Part shown: piece by piece, positions 1-10,295 of the stretch
How the letters are laid out: each line of letters starts with the position of its first letter
Numbering within the stretch: the stretch's first letter is position 1
Origin: an uncultured Chloroflexia bacterium
Lineage (GTDB): Bacteria > Chloroflexota > Anaerolineae > Aggregatilineales > Aggregatilineaceae
NCBI GenBank assembly: GCA_963826505.1
Contig: CAWGXG010000001.1
Location: 354,406-418,405, forward strand
Direction of reading: 5' to 3'
Length of the DNA: 64,000 nt
Translations under genes and position numbers: made by a program
The notes under the pieces: model-generated
What the model saw: the letters and a program-made list of their open reading frames with translations, nothing else
What the model was told of the DNA's origin: nothing
Databases searched by the model: none

Positions 1-156
1 AATGTCTTCCTTCAGGCGACTCACCAGAATATCGCCCATCGAGAACAGCGCGACGACGCCCAGCACGCCGATAAAGATGCTCAGCGATACCAGGGCGGTG
101 CGTCCTTTGCGGGACTGTACGTCTCCGAGAATTTTGCGCCGACGTGTTTTTTGCAT
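1..156 (-). CDS. ABC transporter permease, FtsX-like (MacB-type); N-terminal part only, continues past window start
   Basis: Minus-strand ATG at 156-154 preceded by AGGGAGGG SD. Translation MQKTRRRKILGDVQSRKGRTALVSLSIFIGVLGVVAL is typical of an FtsX/MacB permease N-terminus and first TM helix. It lies directly downstream of the ATPase gene. Confidence 0.5.
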   Translation of the reverse strand, partial: MQKTRRRKILGDVQSRKGRTALVSLSIFIGVLGVVALFSMGDILVSRLKEDI

Positions 157-174
157 CGCATTCCCTCCCTATGA

Positions 175-925
175 TCAGTTCTGAATACGGGACAAGCGCA
201 GGGCTCCCCGTTCCTGAGTCTGACGGCGGGCCGCGGCGACCAGTGTCGTCTGGCCGATCAACCCGTCGCTGATTTCGTAGACGTGCGGTACGTCCTTCGC
301 GAGTTCGCGGTCGTGGGTCACAATGATGACCGTGGTTCCCCGCTCGCTAAGCTGTCGGAAGGCATCGAAGACGCGGCCGGCGCTCATGCGGTCCAGGTTG
401 CCGGTAGGTTCATCGGCGATGATCAGAGCCGGGTTATTGGCCAGGGCGCGCGCCAGGGCAACGCGCTGTTGCTGACCGCCGGACAGCATATCCGGCATCT
501 TATCAGCCTGATCGGCGATGCCGAAGTATTCCAGCAGTTTGAGCGCGCGTTGGGGGCGCTCGGCGGATTTCCACACATTGGCGAAATCCATCGGGGCGAT
601 GACGTTGGCCGCCACGGACAAGGTCGGCAGCAGTTGGAAGAACTGGAACACAATGCCCACATTCCGGGCGCGCCATTTGGTCAATCGGCGGGCATTGACT
701 TCTCGAGATTTCGAGATCGTCAATGGTGAGTGAGCCGCTGGTGGGCGTGTCGATCGCCGTGAGCATGTTGAGAAACGTGGTCTTGCCGCTGCCCGATGGG
801 CCAACCAGGGCGACGAAATCGCCTTTGCAGATATCCAGGTTGAGGCCGCGCAGCACGTTAAGCGGTCCGGCTGGGGTATTATACGTCTTGACAAGGTCGC
901 GGACGGTGACAAAAGGTGCTTCCAT
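175..925 (-). pseudogene. ABC transporter ATP-binding protein (MacB/LolD-like), interrupted by a 1-nt frameshift near 700
   Basis: The N-terminal frame carries Walker A GPSGSGKTT (ORF 503..925). The C-terminal frame carries Q-loop, signature LSGGQQQRVALARAL, Walker B IIADEPTGNLD and H-loop (ORF 175..1092). Total span is 751 nt (3n+1), consistent with a +1 insertion. Confidence 0.8.
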
Positions 926-1136
926 GTGCGTTTTCCTTTCCTCTGTGCCTGGTTTACAGGATAGGGGAAAGAGCGCGCGCGGTCATCAGGCAGATGGCTA
1001 GACTTCGTTATCACATGGCTTGGCCAGATGGCCAGGGTGGGGCAAACAGAACCGGACTGTCTGGCCAGGGCATGCAATCTTGACGCAATCACATCACAGA
1101 TTGCTTGACTCCGATCTGAGAGTATGTTACAAATAG

Positions 1137-1149
1137 TAAAACGTTTTCA
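1137..1149. promoter_or_regulatory. candidate LacI-family operator (perfect 10-bp palindrome AAAACGTTTT)
   Basis: TAAAACGTTTTCA resembles LacI/GalR/cre-type operators (TGNAAACGNTTNCA). It sits in the divergent region between the ABC ATPase gene and the lacI-like gene. Confidence 0.35.
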
Positions 1150-1255
1150 CATCCTGTGATCTGGGTTGTGCGCGATTGCTGCCTGATGAGATCGTTTGCG
1201 CGGGAACCCAAAACGATATACAGGTTGGTTTCTGCGAAAAAACGGAACTGATTTA

Positions 1256-1269
1256 TGAATACGTTTTCA
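1256..1269. promoter_or_regulatory. candidate LacI-family operator TGAATACGTTTTCA (13/14 palindromic)
   Basis: Near-perfect palindrome sharing ACGTTTTCA with the first site. It lies about 10 bp upstream of the LacI start codon, suggesting autoregulation. Confidence 0.4.
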
Positions 1270-1279
1270 TGTTGGCGTT

Positions 1280-2333
1280 GTGATGGATAAGAAATCGGGC
1301 TCGGTCACTATCAAGCATCTGGCAGCGCTGGCGCAACGTTTCTCCGGCGACGGTATCGCGCGTGATCAACAACAGCGGTTATGTCAGCGAAAAAACGCGC
1401 CAGCGGGTCGAAGCTGTGATCAAGGAATTGGACTTCCGGCCCGATGCCCACGCCCGCGGCTTGCGCGGTATGCCCTCCGGTTTGGTGGCGCTGGTCATCC
1501 CCAGCATTTTGAATGTGTTCTACACGGCTCTCGCGGAAAGCATCGAGAATAAACTGCACCAGCTTGGCTATACCATGCTGCTCGGCGTCACCAAAGACGA
1601 TTCCGATCTGTACCTCAATTACCTTGAACAGTTCCGCGACCTGAAGGTCGATGGCATCATCTGCGTGCCGCCTCCCCATGATAAGTGCCTGCCCGTGATT
1701 CAGGACATGGTCGACCAGGGGATTCCGATGGTTGAGGTCAACCGGCGGCACGAAAACTGCATCCTGGATGCGGTCTTGGCGGACAACTTCCAGGGCGTGA
1801 AGCTGGGGACCGAATACCTGCTCGATCTTGGACACCAGCGGATCGCGCTCGTGGTCGGCTCCCTGGAAACCAGCACCGGCAGGAACCGGCTGGAGGGTTT
1901 CCGTTGGACGATGGCGAATGCTGGGCTGGAGATCGATCCTGACCTCATCAAAATCGGTCATTTCAGCAAAGAGTACGGCATCCAGGCGGCGGAAGAACTG
2001 CTGCGCGTCGAGCCGCGGCCCACGGCCATTTTTACCACGAGCAACCGCCTGCTCGTCGGCGCGATGACAGTCTTGATGCAGCAGCAGGTGCGCGTGCCGG
2101 ACGACATCTCGATTTTGTCCTTTGACGACTCTGAATGGCTGAGTTTCTGGCAGCCGCCGATCACGGCGGTTGATATTGCAGTGGACGAAATGGGAACGTT
2201 AGCCGTCGAGCTGCTGATGCGTTGGATCAGCAGCGGCACATCCCCTGAAACGGCGCGGACCTATACGCTGAGTACCGCGCTCATCGAACGGCAGTCGTGC
2301 AAGCGGCTGAAGGCCGGGCCGAGAACGCCCTGA
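1280..2333 (+). pseudogene. LacI family transcriptional regulator with a +1 frameshift in the HTH region (~1334)
   Basis: Frame A reads MMDKKSGSVTIKHLAALA and frame B reads NVSPATVSRVINNSGYVSEKTRQRV, followed by a periplasmic-binding-protein-like effector domain (ORF 1362..2333). Deleting one base joins them into a canonical LacI HTH. Confidence 0.8.
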
Positions 2334-2371
2334 CGTCACCGCCTGCACCCACTCACTTGAGGAAAACCACT

Positions 2372-3001
2372 ATGAAAATCGCTATCATCAACGAAACCAG
2401 CGCAGCCGACCGCAACGCCGATATTGTGGCGGCGTTAGAAGGGCGGGGCCACACCATCATCAACGCCGGTATGACGAAGAATTACGCCAAACCCGAGCTG
2501 ACGTATATCAACACCGGACTGCTGTCGGCTCTGCTCTTGAACCTTAAACGGGTCGATTTTGTGGTGGGCGGCTGCGGCACCGGCCAGGGCTATCTGAACT
2601 CGGTGATGCAGTATCCGGGCGTGTTCTGCGGGCACATCATGAATTCGATGGATGCCTGGCTGTTTACCCAGATCAACGGCGGCAACTGCATTTCGCTGAT
2701 GCTCAACCAGGGCTACGGCTGGGCCGCCGACGTCAATCTGCGCTTCATCTTTGATCGCATTTTCAGCGTGGAATCCGGGGCAGGCTACCCGGCCCACCGC
2801 CAGGAGTTGCAGCGCCAATCGCGGCAAACCCTGAGCCAGGTGTCCGCTATGACGCACTGCTCGATGGCGGAGATCGTCGCCACGCTGCCCGATGATATCG
2901 TCCGTCCAACGCTGGAATACCCCGGCGTGTGGGACCTGATCGAGGTCGATTCGGTTGAGGACGCGGCTCTCAAGACTGTTCTCCTCAAACGCATGGCATA
3001 A
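2372..3001 (+). CDS. RpiB/LacA/LacB-family sugar-phosphate isomerase-like protein with ~60-aa C-terminal extension
   Basis: Starts [11 protein letters not shown] and carries [19 protein letters not shown], matching the RpiB CGTGIG/VPG architecture. SD GAGGAAAACC upstream of ATG 2372. Confidence 0.55.
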   Translation: MKIAIINETSAADRNADIVAALEGRGHTIINAGMTKNYAKPELTYINTGLLSALLLNLKRVDFVVGGCGTGQGYLNSVMQYPGVFCGHIMNSMDAWLFTQINGGNCISLMLNQGYGWAADVNLRFIFDRIFSVESGAGYPAHRQELQRQSRQTLSQVSAMTHCSMAEIVATLPDDIVRPTLEYPGVWDLIEVDSVEDAALKTVLLKRMA

Positions 3002-3018
3002 GATTACGAGAGAAGACG

Positions 3019-4492
3019 ATGACCAATACACTATCCAATTACATTAACGGCACATGGCAAAAATCTGCGGCGGACAATTATCAACCCGTCGTCAACCCGG
3101 CTACCGGCGAAACGATCGCCGAAGTCCCGCTGTCGTCTCCATCCGTAGTCGATCAGGCGGCTGAAGCTGCCGTCGCGGCGGCGGATTCCTGGCGGCGCGT
3201 CCCGCCCGTTGAGCGCGTGCAATACCTGTTCAAGCTCAAAGGGCTGCTCGAAGAGAACATCGACGAGCTGTCGCGCGCGATCACCAACGAGAACGGCAAG
3301 ACGTTCGGCGAGGCCAAAGGCGAGATGCAGCGCGCTATCGAAAACGTGGAAGTCGCGTGCGGTATTCCGACCCTGATGCAGGGCACCATCTCCGAAGACA
3401 TCGCGTCGGGCATTGACGAGCTGATGATCCGCCAGCCGGTCGGCGTGGCGGCCATCATCGCGCCCTTCAATTTTCCCGGGATGATCCCGTTCTGGTTCCT
3501 GCCCTACGCAGTGGCGACCGGCAATACCGTGATCGTAAAACCGTCCGAACGCTGCCCGCTCACGATGCACATCGCGTTCGAGCTGCTGGAAGCGGCGGGC
3601 TTTCCGCCCGGCGTGGTCAACAGCGTCAACGGCGGGACCGGACTGCGTCAACGCGATCCTCGATCATCCGTCCATCAACGCCGTGAGCTTCGTGGGATCA
3701 ACCCCGGTGGCGCGCCACATCTACTCACGCGCCTCGGCCAGCGGCAAGCGCGTCCAGGCGCAGGGTGGGGCGAAGAACCCGATCGTCGTCCTGCCGGACG
3801 CCGATCTCGACATGACGACGCGCATCGTCGCCGACAGCGCCTTTGGCAACGCCGGACAGCGCTGCCTGGCCGCCTCGCTGGCGATCACCGTCGGCAGTGT
3901 GCGCCACGAATTCACGCAAGCTGTAGCCGATGCCGCGTCGCAGCGCGTCGTCGGATATGGGCTGGATGCAGGCGTCACGATGGGGCCGGTGATCACGCCT
4001 CAGAGCAAGGCACGCATCCAGGGTCTCATCCAGACCGGGCTGGACGAAGGGGCCAAAGCCCTGCTTGACGGGCGGGAGGCTACCATCAAGGGCTATGAGA
4101 AGGGTTACTTCATGCGCCCGACCATTCTTGAGGATGTGAAACCGGGCGGCACCATCGCGCGCACGGAGATTTTCGGGCCAGTGTTGGGCATGATGCACGT
4201 CGATACTATCGACGAAGCGATCGCCCTGGTGAATAGCGGTGAGTATGGCAACATGGCCTGCCTGTTCACGAACAGCGGCTCGGCGGCGCGCAAATTCCGT
4301 TACGAAGCCATGGCGGGCAATATCGGCATCAATATTGGCGTGGCGGCCCCGATGGCCTTCTTCCCGTTCAGCGGTTGGAAGTCGAGCTTCTTCGGCGTGC
4401 TGCACGGCCAGAGTCATCACGCGGTCGAGTTCTTCACGCAGACCAAAGTCGTCGTGGAGCGCTGGCCGAAAGAGTGGACGCGGCAGTTTTAG
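3019..4492 (+). pseudogene. mmsA: methylmalonate-semialdehyde dehydrogenase-like (CoA-acylating ALDH, MmsA/IolA-like) with 1-nt insertion near 3640
   Basis: N-terminal 3019..~3640 and C-terminal 3683..4492 are both ALDH. VNGGTG|LRQ reads [26 protein letters not shown] if one g is removed from accggactg. Catalytic Cys is present in AGQRCLA. Confidence 0.75.
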
Positions 4493-4509
4493 GATCTGTT
4501 TGCCCTGAT

Positions 4510-4543
4510 CTCCGGCTCTCCCGCCAACGCGCGGAGAGCCGGA
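4510..4543 (+). terminator. hairpin after mmsA-like gene (11-bp stem TCCGGCTCTCC/GGAGAGCCGGA), weak U-tract
   Basis: Inverted repeat seen directly in the sequence 17 nt after the stop codon. Followed by GTTAATG, so it is a weak intrinsic terminator at best. Confidence 0.35.
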
Positions 4544-4629
4544 GTTAATGCGCTGCGCCGGGATTCAATTCTGTGATTGCGCATAGTGCAACCATGATTG
4601 CCTATTATCAACAAAATCGGTCCGAGTCG

Positions 4630-4658
4630 TTGACTCTGCCTCACCGGCATTGTATAAT
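4630..4658 (+). promoter_or_regulatory. sigma70-like promoter (TTGACT - 17 nt - TATAAT) for the iclR-headed operon
   Basis: -35 at 4630-4635, -10 at 4653-4658, 17-nt spacer. This lies about 40 nt upstream of the TTG start at 4696. Confidence 0.45.
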
Positions 4659-4695
4659 GCTCAACAAATCAACGCAGCATGGCAAAGGATCGATC

Positions 4696-5442
4696 TTGTC
4701 GGAAATTCAGTCACTAGCGCGTGGACTTCGTATCATGGAGCTGATGGCCGCCAGCGATAACGGCGTCGGTGTCACCGAGCTGGCCAATGATCTGGGAATT
4801 GATAAGAGCAGCGCGTCCCGCCTGGTTCAGACGCTGGTCAATCACGGCTTTGCTGAGCAGGTCACGGTGAGCCGCCGTTACCGTCTCGGCCCGCAGTTGG
4901 TGCGGCTCAGCCGCAGTTTGCTGACGCGCATGCCGCTGCGCGATGAAGCGAAGCCCTTCTTGCGCCAGCTCGTCGATCGTACCGGGGAATGCGCCCATCT
5001 GGCCATTCTGACCCAGGGGCAGGCGCTGTATATCGATCAGGTCGAATCACCGGCCAGCCTGCGCGTGACCACGGGTGTGGGCACGCTGGCTCCCTTGCAT
5101 TGCACGGCGCTGGGCAAATGCCTGCTCGCCTTCAACCCTGACGCGGTGCTGCCGGACGACCTGCCCGCCTTCACGCCGCGCACTATCACCGACCCGGAGA
5201 CGCTGTCCATTCACCTGGAACAGACGCGCCAGCGTGGGTATGCAGTGGACGATGAGGAATACGATTACGGTGTGCGCTGTCTGGCCGCGCCGGTCTATGA
5301 TTTTCGCGGAAAAGTGATCGGAGCAGTGGGGGTGTCTGGTCCAGCGGGCCGCATGGGGCTTGATCGCGTCTCGGAATTCGCGTCGATCGTGATGCAGGCC
5401 AGCCAGGCGTTGTCGGACCGGATGAGCTTTAAGAAAGCCTGA
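4696..5442 (+). CDS. IclR family transcriptional regulator (TTG start with AAAGGA SD; alternative ATG 4657 lies inside the predicted -10)
   Basis: N-terminal HTH (LSEIQSLARGLRIMELMAAS..GVTELANDLGIDKSSASRLVQTL) plus a C-terminal IclR effector domain. Confidence 0.8.
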   Translation: MSEIQSLARGLRIMELMAASDNGVGVTELANDLGIDKSSASRLVQTLVNHGFAEQVTVSRRYRLGPQLVRLSRSLLTRMPLRDEAKPFLRQLVDRTGECAHLAILTQGQALYIDQVESPASLRVTTGVGTLAPLHCTALGKCLLAFNPDAVLPDDLPAFTPRTITDPETLSIHLEQTRQRGYAVDDEEYDYGVRCLAAPVYDFRGKVIGAVGVSGPAGRMGLDRVSEFASIVMQASQALSDRMSFKKA

Positions 5443-5535
5443 GAATCCTACCAGGGCGGTTTCCGCATCCTGGTATTTTAATAGATTGATGTCGCAACAT
5501 AGTTGTATTATACGCAACCTCAGGAGATTATTTAT

Positions 5536-6597
5536 ATGGACGAACTCAGAGTTGGGTTTATTGGCGCGGGTCGCATCTCCGATCTGCACGCGCTGGAATA
5601 CCTGGCCAATGACCGCGCCCGCATCGTCGCCGTGTGTGACGTCGATCCCGAGATCGCCCGGCGGCGCGGGGAAAAATGGGGCGTGGCCGCCGACCACATT
5701 TTCACGGACTATCACGACTTACTCGCCCTGCCCGAAGTCGATCTCGTCGAAATCCTGCTGCCGCACCATCTCCACCATCAAGCCACGCTCGACGCTGCCG
5801 CCGCCGGTAAGCATATCTCACTGCAAAAACCGATGGCGCTCAGCGTGAAAGAGGCCGACGAGATGATCGCCGCCGCCGAAAAGGCCGGGGTGATCTTCAA
5901 GGTCTTCGAGAATTTCATCTTCTACCCGCCCGTCTTGCGCGCCAAAGCCTTGATCGAAGCCGGGGAGATCGGCGATCCGCTCACGATCCGCATCAAGAGC
6001 AATTCCGGCACCAGCCCCAACATGTGGGACGTGCCCAACGCGGCCTGGGCCTGGCGTTTTACCGAGGAGCAGTGCGGCGGGGGGCCGCTGGTCTTCGACG
6101 ATGGGCACCATAAATTCTCGCTGGCGTGGTATTTCATGGGGCTGGCGGAAGAAGTGCACGCCTGGATCGGAGAGACTGAAATTCAGCCCGGTTTCCTGCT
6201 GGATTCGCCCGCGATCGTCTCGTGGAAGTTCCCCAACAACCGCTTCGGCTCGCTGGAAGCGGTTAGCTCGCCCGAGCTGGTGCTGGACACCAATCATTAC
6301 GCCCAGGATGACCGGATCGAAGTCACGGGCACGAAAGGCGTGCTGTGGATCACACGCGGGCACGGCAAGATGATGGATGTCCCGCCGGTGGTCGTCTACC
6401 GCGACCGCAAAGTCTACGCCCATTCGGATATGCCAACCGGTTGGGAACACAGCTTCATCAACTCGACGCGCCATTTCATTGACGCGTATTTCGCGGGCAA
6501 GGCCCCCAGTCTCACCGCGTGGGAAGGCCGCGAGATCCTGCGCTTTGCGCTGGCGGCGCAGGAATCGGCGCGTAGTGGTCTGTCCGTCAAACTATAG
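5536..6597 (+). CDS. Gfo/Idh/MocA family NAD(P)-dependent oxidoreductase
   Basis: Rossmann N-terminus VGFIGAGRISDLHALEY and EKPMALS motif. SD AGGAG 9 nt upstream of ATG. Confidence 0.85.
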   Translation: MDELRVGFIGAGRISDLHALEYLANDRARIVAVCDVDPEIARRRGEKWGVAADHIFTDYHDLLALPEVDLVEILLPHHLHHQATLDAAAAGKHISLQKPMALSVKEADEMIAAAEKAGVIFKVFENFIFYPPVLRAKALIEAGEIGDPLTIRIKSNSGTSPNMWDVPNAAWAWRFTEEQCGGGPLVFDDGHHKFSLAWYFMGLAEEVHAWIGETEIQPGFLLDSPAIVSWKFPNNRFGSLEAVSSPELVLDTNHYAQDDRIEVTGTKGVLWITRGHGKMMDVPPVVVYRDRKVYAHSDMPTGWEHSFINSTRHFIDAYFAGKAPSLTAWEGREILRFALAAQESARSGLSVKL

Positions 6598-6639
6598 CGG
6601 AGCACGGCTTACGGTTCACAGGAAAGAAGGGTGTTTGAA

Positions 6640-8442
6640 ATGAAACTTACCGGCTCCGAAATCGTCACTGAAATGCTGGTGCGCGAAGGAGTCCCTTACG
6701 CGATCGGCATTCCGGGGCATGGCAATCTTGGGCTGATCGATGCGCTGCGGCGCTACCAGGACCGCATCAAAGTGATTATGCCGCGCCACGAACAGGCGGC
6801 CGTCCATATGGCCGATGGGTATTACCGCGTCACAGGCGAGCCGCTGGCCGTCTTCACGTCGATCGGCGCGGGCGCGTCGAATACCGCGATCGGTCTGGCG
6901 ACGGCTTACGTCGATTCGATCCCGCTGCTGCTGTTGATTGGCGAAACGCATACCTACATGCGCGGCGTGGGCGTGCTGCAAGAAATCGAGCGCCAATACT
7001 GGTCCGACATGCCGCGCATGCTCTATCCGACCGTCAAGCGCGCCTGGCACATCGACTCCGCTGTGCAAATTCAGCGCGCGGTTGGGCAGGCGTTCAACGC
7101 CATGCGCACCGGTCGTCCTGGTCCGACGCTGGTCACGCTGCCGATGGATGTCCAGGCGGACGCGGTGGACCTGCCCGAAGCGCCCGAACCACGTACACGC
7201 CGTCCGCACGACCGTCCCGCTGGGGACCCGGCCGCGCTGGCCCAGGCCGCCGACCTGCTGATCCAGGCCAAACGCCCGGTGATCGTCGCCGGGGGCGGGG
7301 TCATTTTATCCGAGGGCTGGGAAGCACTGAAGGCGGTTGCCGAGCACCTGGGGGCGTGCGTCGTCACTACGATGCAGGGCAAGAGCGCCTTCCCCGAGGA
7401 TCATCCGTTGTATGCGTGGCACATGGGCAGCAACGCCACCACCTGCGGTAACTACATGACCGCCCACGCGGATGTGCTGCTGGCCGTGGGCGTGCGTTTT
7501 GCTGACAAGGCCGCGTCGTCCTACAAGCCGGGCGCGTCGTTCAGCATTCCGCCCACCAAACTGATCCACGCCGACATTGATCCCGCCGAAATCGGCAAGA
7601 ATTACCCGGTCGAGGTCGGCATCGTGGGCGATGCCAAAGCGATCCTGGAAGGCTTGCTCGAAGCGCTGCGCGCCCGCACCGCCGCCCGTGACTGGACGGA
7701 CGCGCCCTACACGCGCGAAATCGCTGAGCGGGTAGCCGGGTGGTGGCAGCAGAACCACGAGCTGCGCCATTCCGATCACACGCCGGTCACGATGGGCCGT
7801 GTCATCACCGAGCTGCGCAAAGGGCTGCCGCCGGAAGCGGTCATTTTCACCTCGTCGGGCAACATCCAGGCACAGGTCTTTCAGGAGATGGCGTTCAGCC
7901 AGCCGCGCACCTATGTGTCGGCGGGCGGCTTCAGCACGATGGGCTGGTCCTTCCCGGCGGCGATGGGTGCCAAGCTGGCCCTGCCCGGCGCGCCCGTCCT
8001 GGCGCTGGTAGGCGATGGCGATTTCCTGATGACCATTCAGGAACTGGCGACCGCCGTGCAGTACAACATCCCGGTGATCGTGGTTGTCCTCAATAACGTC
8101 GGCTGGCAGGCCATCCGCGACTTGCAGGTGATCGCCTACGGCGAAGAGTCGGTCTATTCGACCATGTTCGAGGACGGCGACCAGCCGGTCACGCCCGACA
8201 TTACGGCGATCGCGAAGGGGTTCGGCGCGCATGCCGTGCGCATCAACTGCCCGGACGAGGTCGGACCCGCTCTTAAGGAAGCCTTGAGCCTGGGCAAACC
8301 GAGCGTGATCGAGGTCATGGTCGACGACCGGCTCGGCACTTCTGGCGGGTTGGCCCCGGGGTGGTGGGACGTGCCCGTGCCGGAATATATGCAGTTACGG
8401 CGCGCGCAGTACAACCAGGAACGCAGCGACGAACGCATCTAG
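6640..8442 (+). CDS. thiamine-diphosphate-dependent enzyme, acetolactate synthase large-subunit-like (candidates: IolD, Xsc or sugar-specific ThDP lyase)
   Basis: About 600 aa with the three-domain ALS-like layout: N-terminal Pyr domain (GIPGHGNL), central domain, C-terminal PP domain with GDGDF..NN motif. Intact ORF. Confidence 0.8.
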   Translation: MKLTGSEIVTEMLVREGVPYAIGIPGHGNLGLIDALRRYQDRIKVIMPRHEQAAVHMADGYYRVTGEPLAVFTSIGAGASNTAIGLATAYVDSIPLLLLIGETHTYMRGVGVLQEIERQYWSDMPRMLYPTVKRAWHIDSAVQIQRAVGQAFNAMRTGRPGPTLVTLPMDVQADAVDLPEAPEPRTRRPHDRPAGDPAALAQAADLLIQAKRPVIVAGGGVILSEGWEALKAVAEHLGACVVTTMQGKSAFPEDHPLYAWHMGSNATTCGNYMTAHADVLLAVGVRFADKAASSYKPGASFSIPPTKLIHADIDPAEIGKNYPVEVGIVGDAKAILEGLLEALRARTAARDWTDAPYTREIAERVAGWWQQNHELRHSDHTPVTMGRVITELRKGLPPEAVIFTSSGNIQAQVFQEMAFSQPRTYVSAGGFSTMGWSFPAAMGAKLALPGAPVLALVGDGDFLMTIQELATAVQYNIPVIVVVLNNVGWQAIRDLQVIAYGEESVYSTMFEDGDQPVTPDITAIAKGFGAHAVRINCPDEVGPALKEALSLGKPSVIEVMVDDRLGTSGGLAPGWWDVPVPEYMQLRRAQYNQERSDERI

Positions 8443-8487
8443 CCCTCGGATTGGCAGGTTGGCGGGGCATGGTATTGGGAGCCGGAT

Positions 8488-9327
8488 ATGCATCATCACT
8501 CTGAAGCTTTGATTTATGACCTCCAGGAGAAGGCGCGCCAGATCAGGCTCGACGTGCTGGATATGGTCTACCGGCGCGGGGCCGGGCATCCGGGCGGGTC
8601 ATTTTCCTGCGCGGAGATCCTGGCCGCGCTGTACTTCCATCACATGAAGATCGATCCGGAGCGTCCGCGCTGGCCTGAACGCGATCGCTTCTTGCTGAGC
8701 AAAGGGCATGCGGCGGCAGCGCTCTATTCGGTGTTGGCGCGGCGCGGCTTCTTCCCGGTGGAGGATCTGGAACGCTGGGGCCACCTGGGCGCGCATCTCC
8801 AGGGCCACCCCGATCGCATCAAGACGCCGGGCGTGGAGATGTCGTCGGGCTTTTTGGGACACGGGCTGTCGATCGCGGTCGGGCTGACGCTGGCCCAACG
8901 CTTGAAAGGACCGCATTTCCACACCTACGCCCTGATGAGCGACGGCTGCATGCAATCCGGAGTCGCGTGGGAAGGTGCGCTGACCGCCTCGAAGTTCCGC
9001 ACGAGCGAGCTGACCGTCATCATGGATTTCAACGACGTCCAACTTGACGGCGCGGCCCACGACATCATGCCGTTGGAGCCGCTGCTGGACAAGTGGCGCG
9101 CGTTTGGATTCGCTACGCTCGAAATCAACGGGCACAACATGCGCCAGGTGCTCGAGGCGCTCGACACCGCGTTGGAGATTCACAGCCTGCCCACCGTCAT
9201 CGTCGCGCATACGACCAAGGGCAAGGGCGTTTCGTTCATGGAAAACACGGCCAAGTGGCATGGCGCGGTCCCCAATGACACCGAGTACGCGCTGGCCCAG
9301 GCTGAACTGAAAGGATACGAGGCATGA
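8488..9327 (+). CDS. transketolase, N-terminal (PP-domain) subunit of a split transketolase
   Basis: GHPGGSFSCAEILAALY, SKGHAAAALYS and ThDP-binding GDG-like MSDGCMQSG motifs. 279 aa. Confidence 0.9.
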   Translation: MHHHSEALIYDLQEKARQIRLDVLDMVYRRGAGHPGGSFSCAEILAALYFHHMKIDPERPRWPERDRFLLSKGHAAAALYSVLARRGFFPVEDLERWGHLGAHLQGHPDRIKTPGVEMSSGFLGHGLSIAVGLTLAQRLKGPHFHTYALMSDGCMQSGVAWEGALTASKFRTSELTVIMDFNDVQLDGAAHDIMPLEPLLDKWRAFGFATLEINGHNMRQVLEALDTALEIHSLPTVIVAHTTKGKGVSFMENTAKWHGAVPNDTEYALAQAELKGYEA

Positions 9328-10268
9328 GCCAGATTCCGCAGCGACAGGCTTACGGCATGGCCCTGGCCGACTACGGCGACGTGAACTCGGATGTCGTGGT
9401 GCTGGACGCCGACGTATCCTCTTCTACCCTGACGAAGTTTTTCGCCGAGCGATTTCCTGCGCGCTTTTTCAACCTGGGCGTGACCGAAGCGTCGATGGTC
9501 GATGTCGGGGTGGGGTTGGCGCTGGGCGGCGCGATCCCGTTCGTCAACACCTTCGCCGCCCTGCTGACGCTGCGCGCCTGCGAGCAGATTCGCACCTGCG
9601 TGGCCTATGCCCATACCAACGTCAAGCTGGTGGGCGGCTATTCGGGACTGTCGGATTACAAAGACGGTCCGACGCACTTCGCGCTCAACGATGTGGCGCT
9701 CATGCGCGCCATGCCGGGGATGCTGGTCGTCACGCCCGCCGATAACGTCGAAGCGGCCAAAATGGTCGCGGCCATCGCTGAGTATGACGGCCCGGTCTAC
9801 ATGCGCATCAGCCGCGCCGTCGTGCCGGACGTGTTCGACAATTCGCACGTGATCACACTGGGTAAGGGCGTGACAGTGTGCCAGGGCAGTGACGCGACCA
9901 TCATCGGATCGGGCAACATGGTCGGGCGCTGCGTTCAAGCGGCGGATGCTCTGGCCCGCGAAAATATCCACGCCCGCGTGCTGTCGCTGCATACGCTCAA
10001 GCCACTGGATGTCGATCTGATTCGTCAGGCGGCGGAAGAAACCGGCGCGCTGGTCACTGCCGAGGATCACTCGATTATCGGCGGAGTGGGCAGCGCGGTG
10101 GCCGAGGCGCTGGCCGGGCACTGTCCGGCTCCGGTGGAGTTTATCGGACTGAACGACACATTTGCCGAAACCGGTCCCGACACCGAAACGCTGATGGATG
10201 CGTGCGGGCTGTCGGTGGCCGACATCGTCGCGGCGACAAAGCGCGCCATGCAGCGCAAAACGCGCTGA
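9324..10268 (+). CDS. transketolase, C-terminal (Pyr/TKC-domain) subunit
   Basis: 4-bp overlap with the N-terminal subunit gene. Pyr-domain and C-terminal TKC-domain similarity. 314 aa. Confidence 0.9.
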   Translation: MSQIPQRQAYGMALADYGDVNSDVVVLDADVSSSTLTKFFAERFPARFFNLGVTEASMVDVGVGLALGGAIPFVNTFAALLTLRACEQIRTCVAYAHTNVKLVGGYSGLSDYKDGPTHFALNDVALMRAMPGMLVVTPADNVEAAKMVAAIAEYDGPVYMRISRAVVPDVFDNSHVITLGKGVTVCQGSDATIIGSGNMVGRCVQAADALARENIHARVLSLHTLKPLDVDLIRQAAEETGALVTAEDHSIIGGVGSAVAEALAGHCPAPVEFIGLNDTFAETGPDTETLMDACGLSVADIVAATKRAMQRKTR

Positions 10269-10295
10269 CGCGGCGAGAGAGTGGATTGAGAGATA

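Noticed and set aside
2-184. 60-aa plus-strand ORF at window start
   Set aside because: The same DNA encodes, on the minus strand with a strong SD, the N-terminus of an FtsX-like permease that pairs with the adjacent ATPase.
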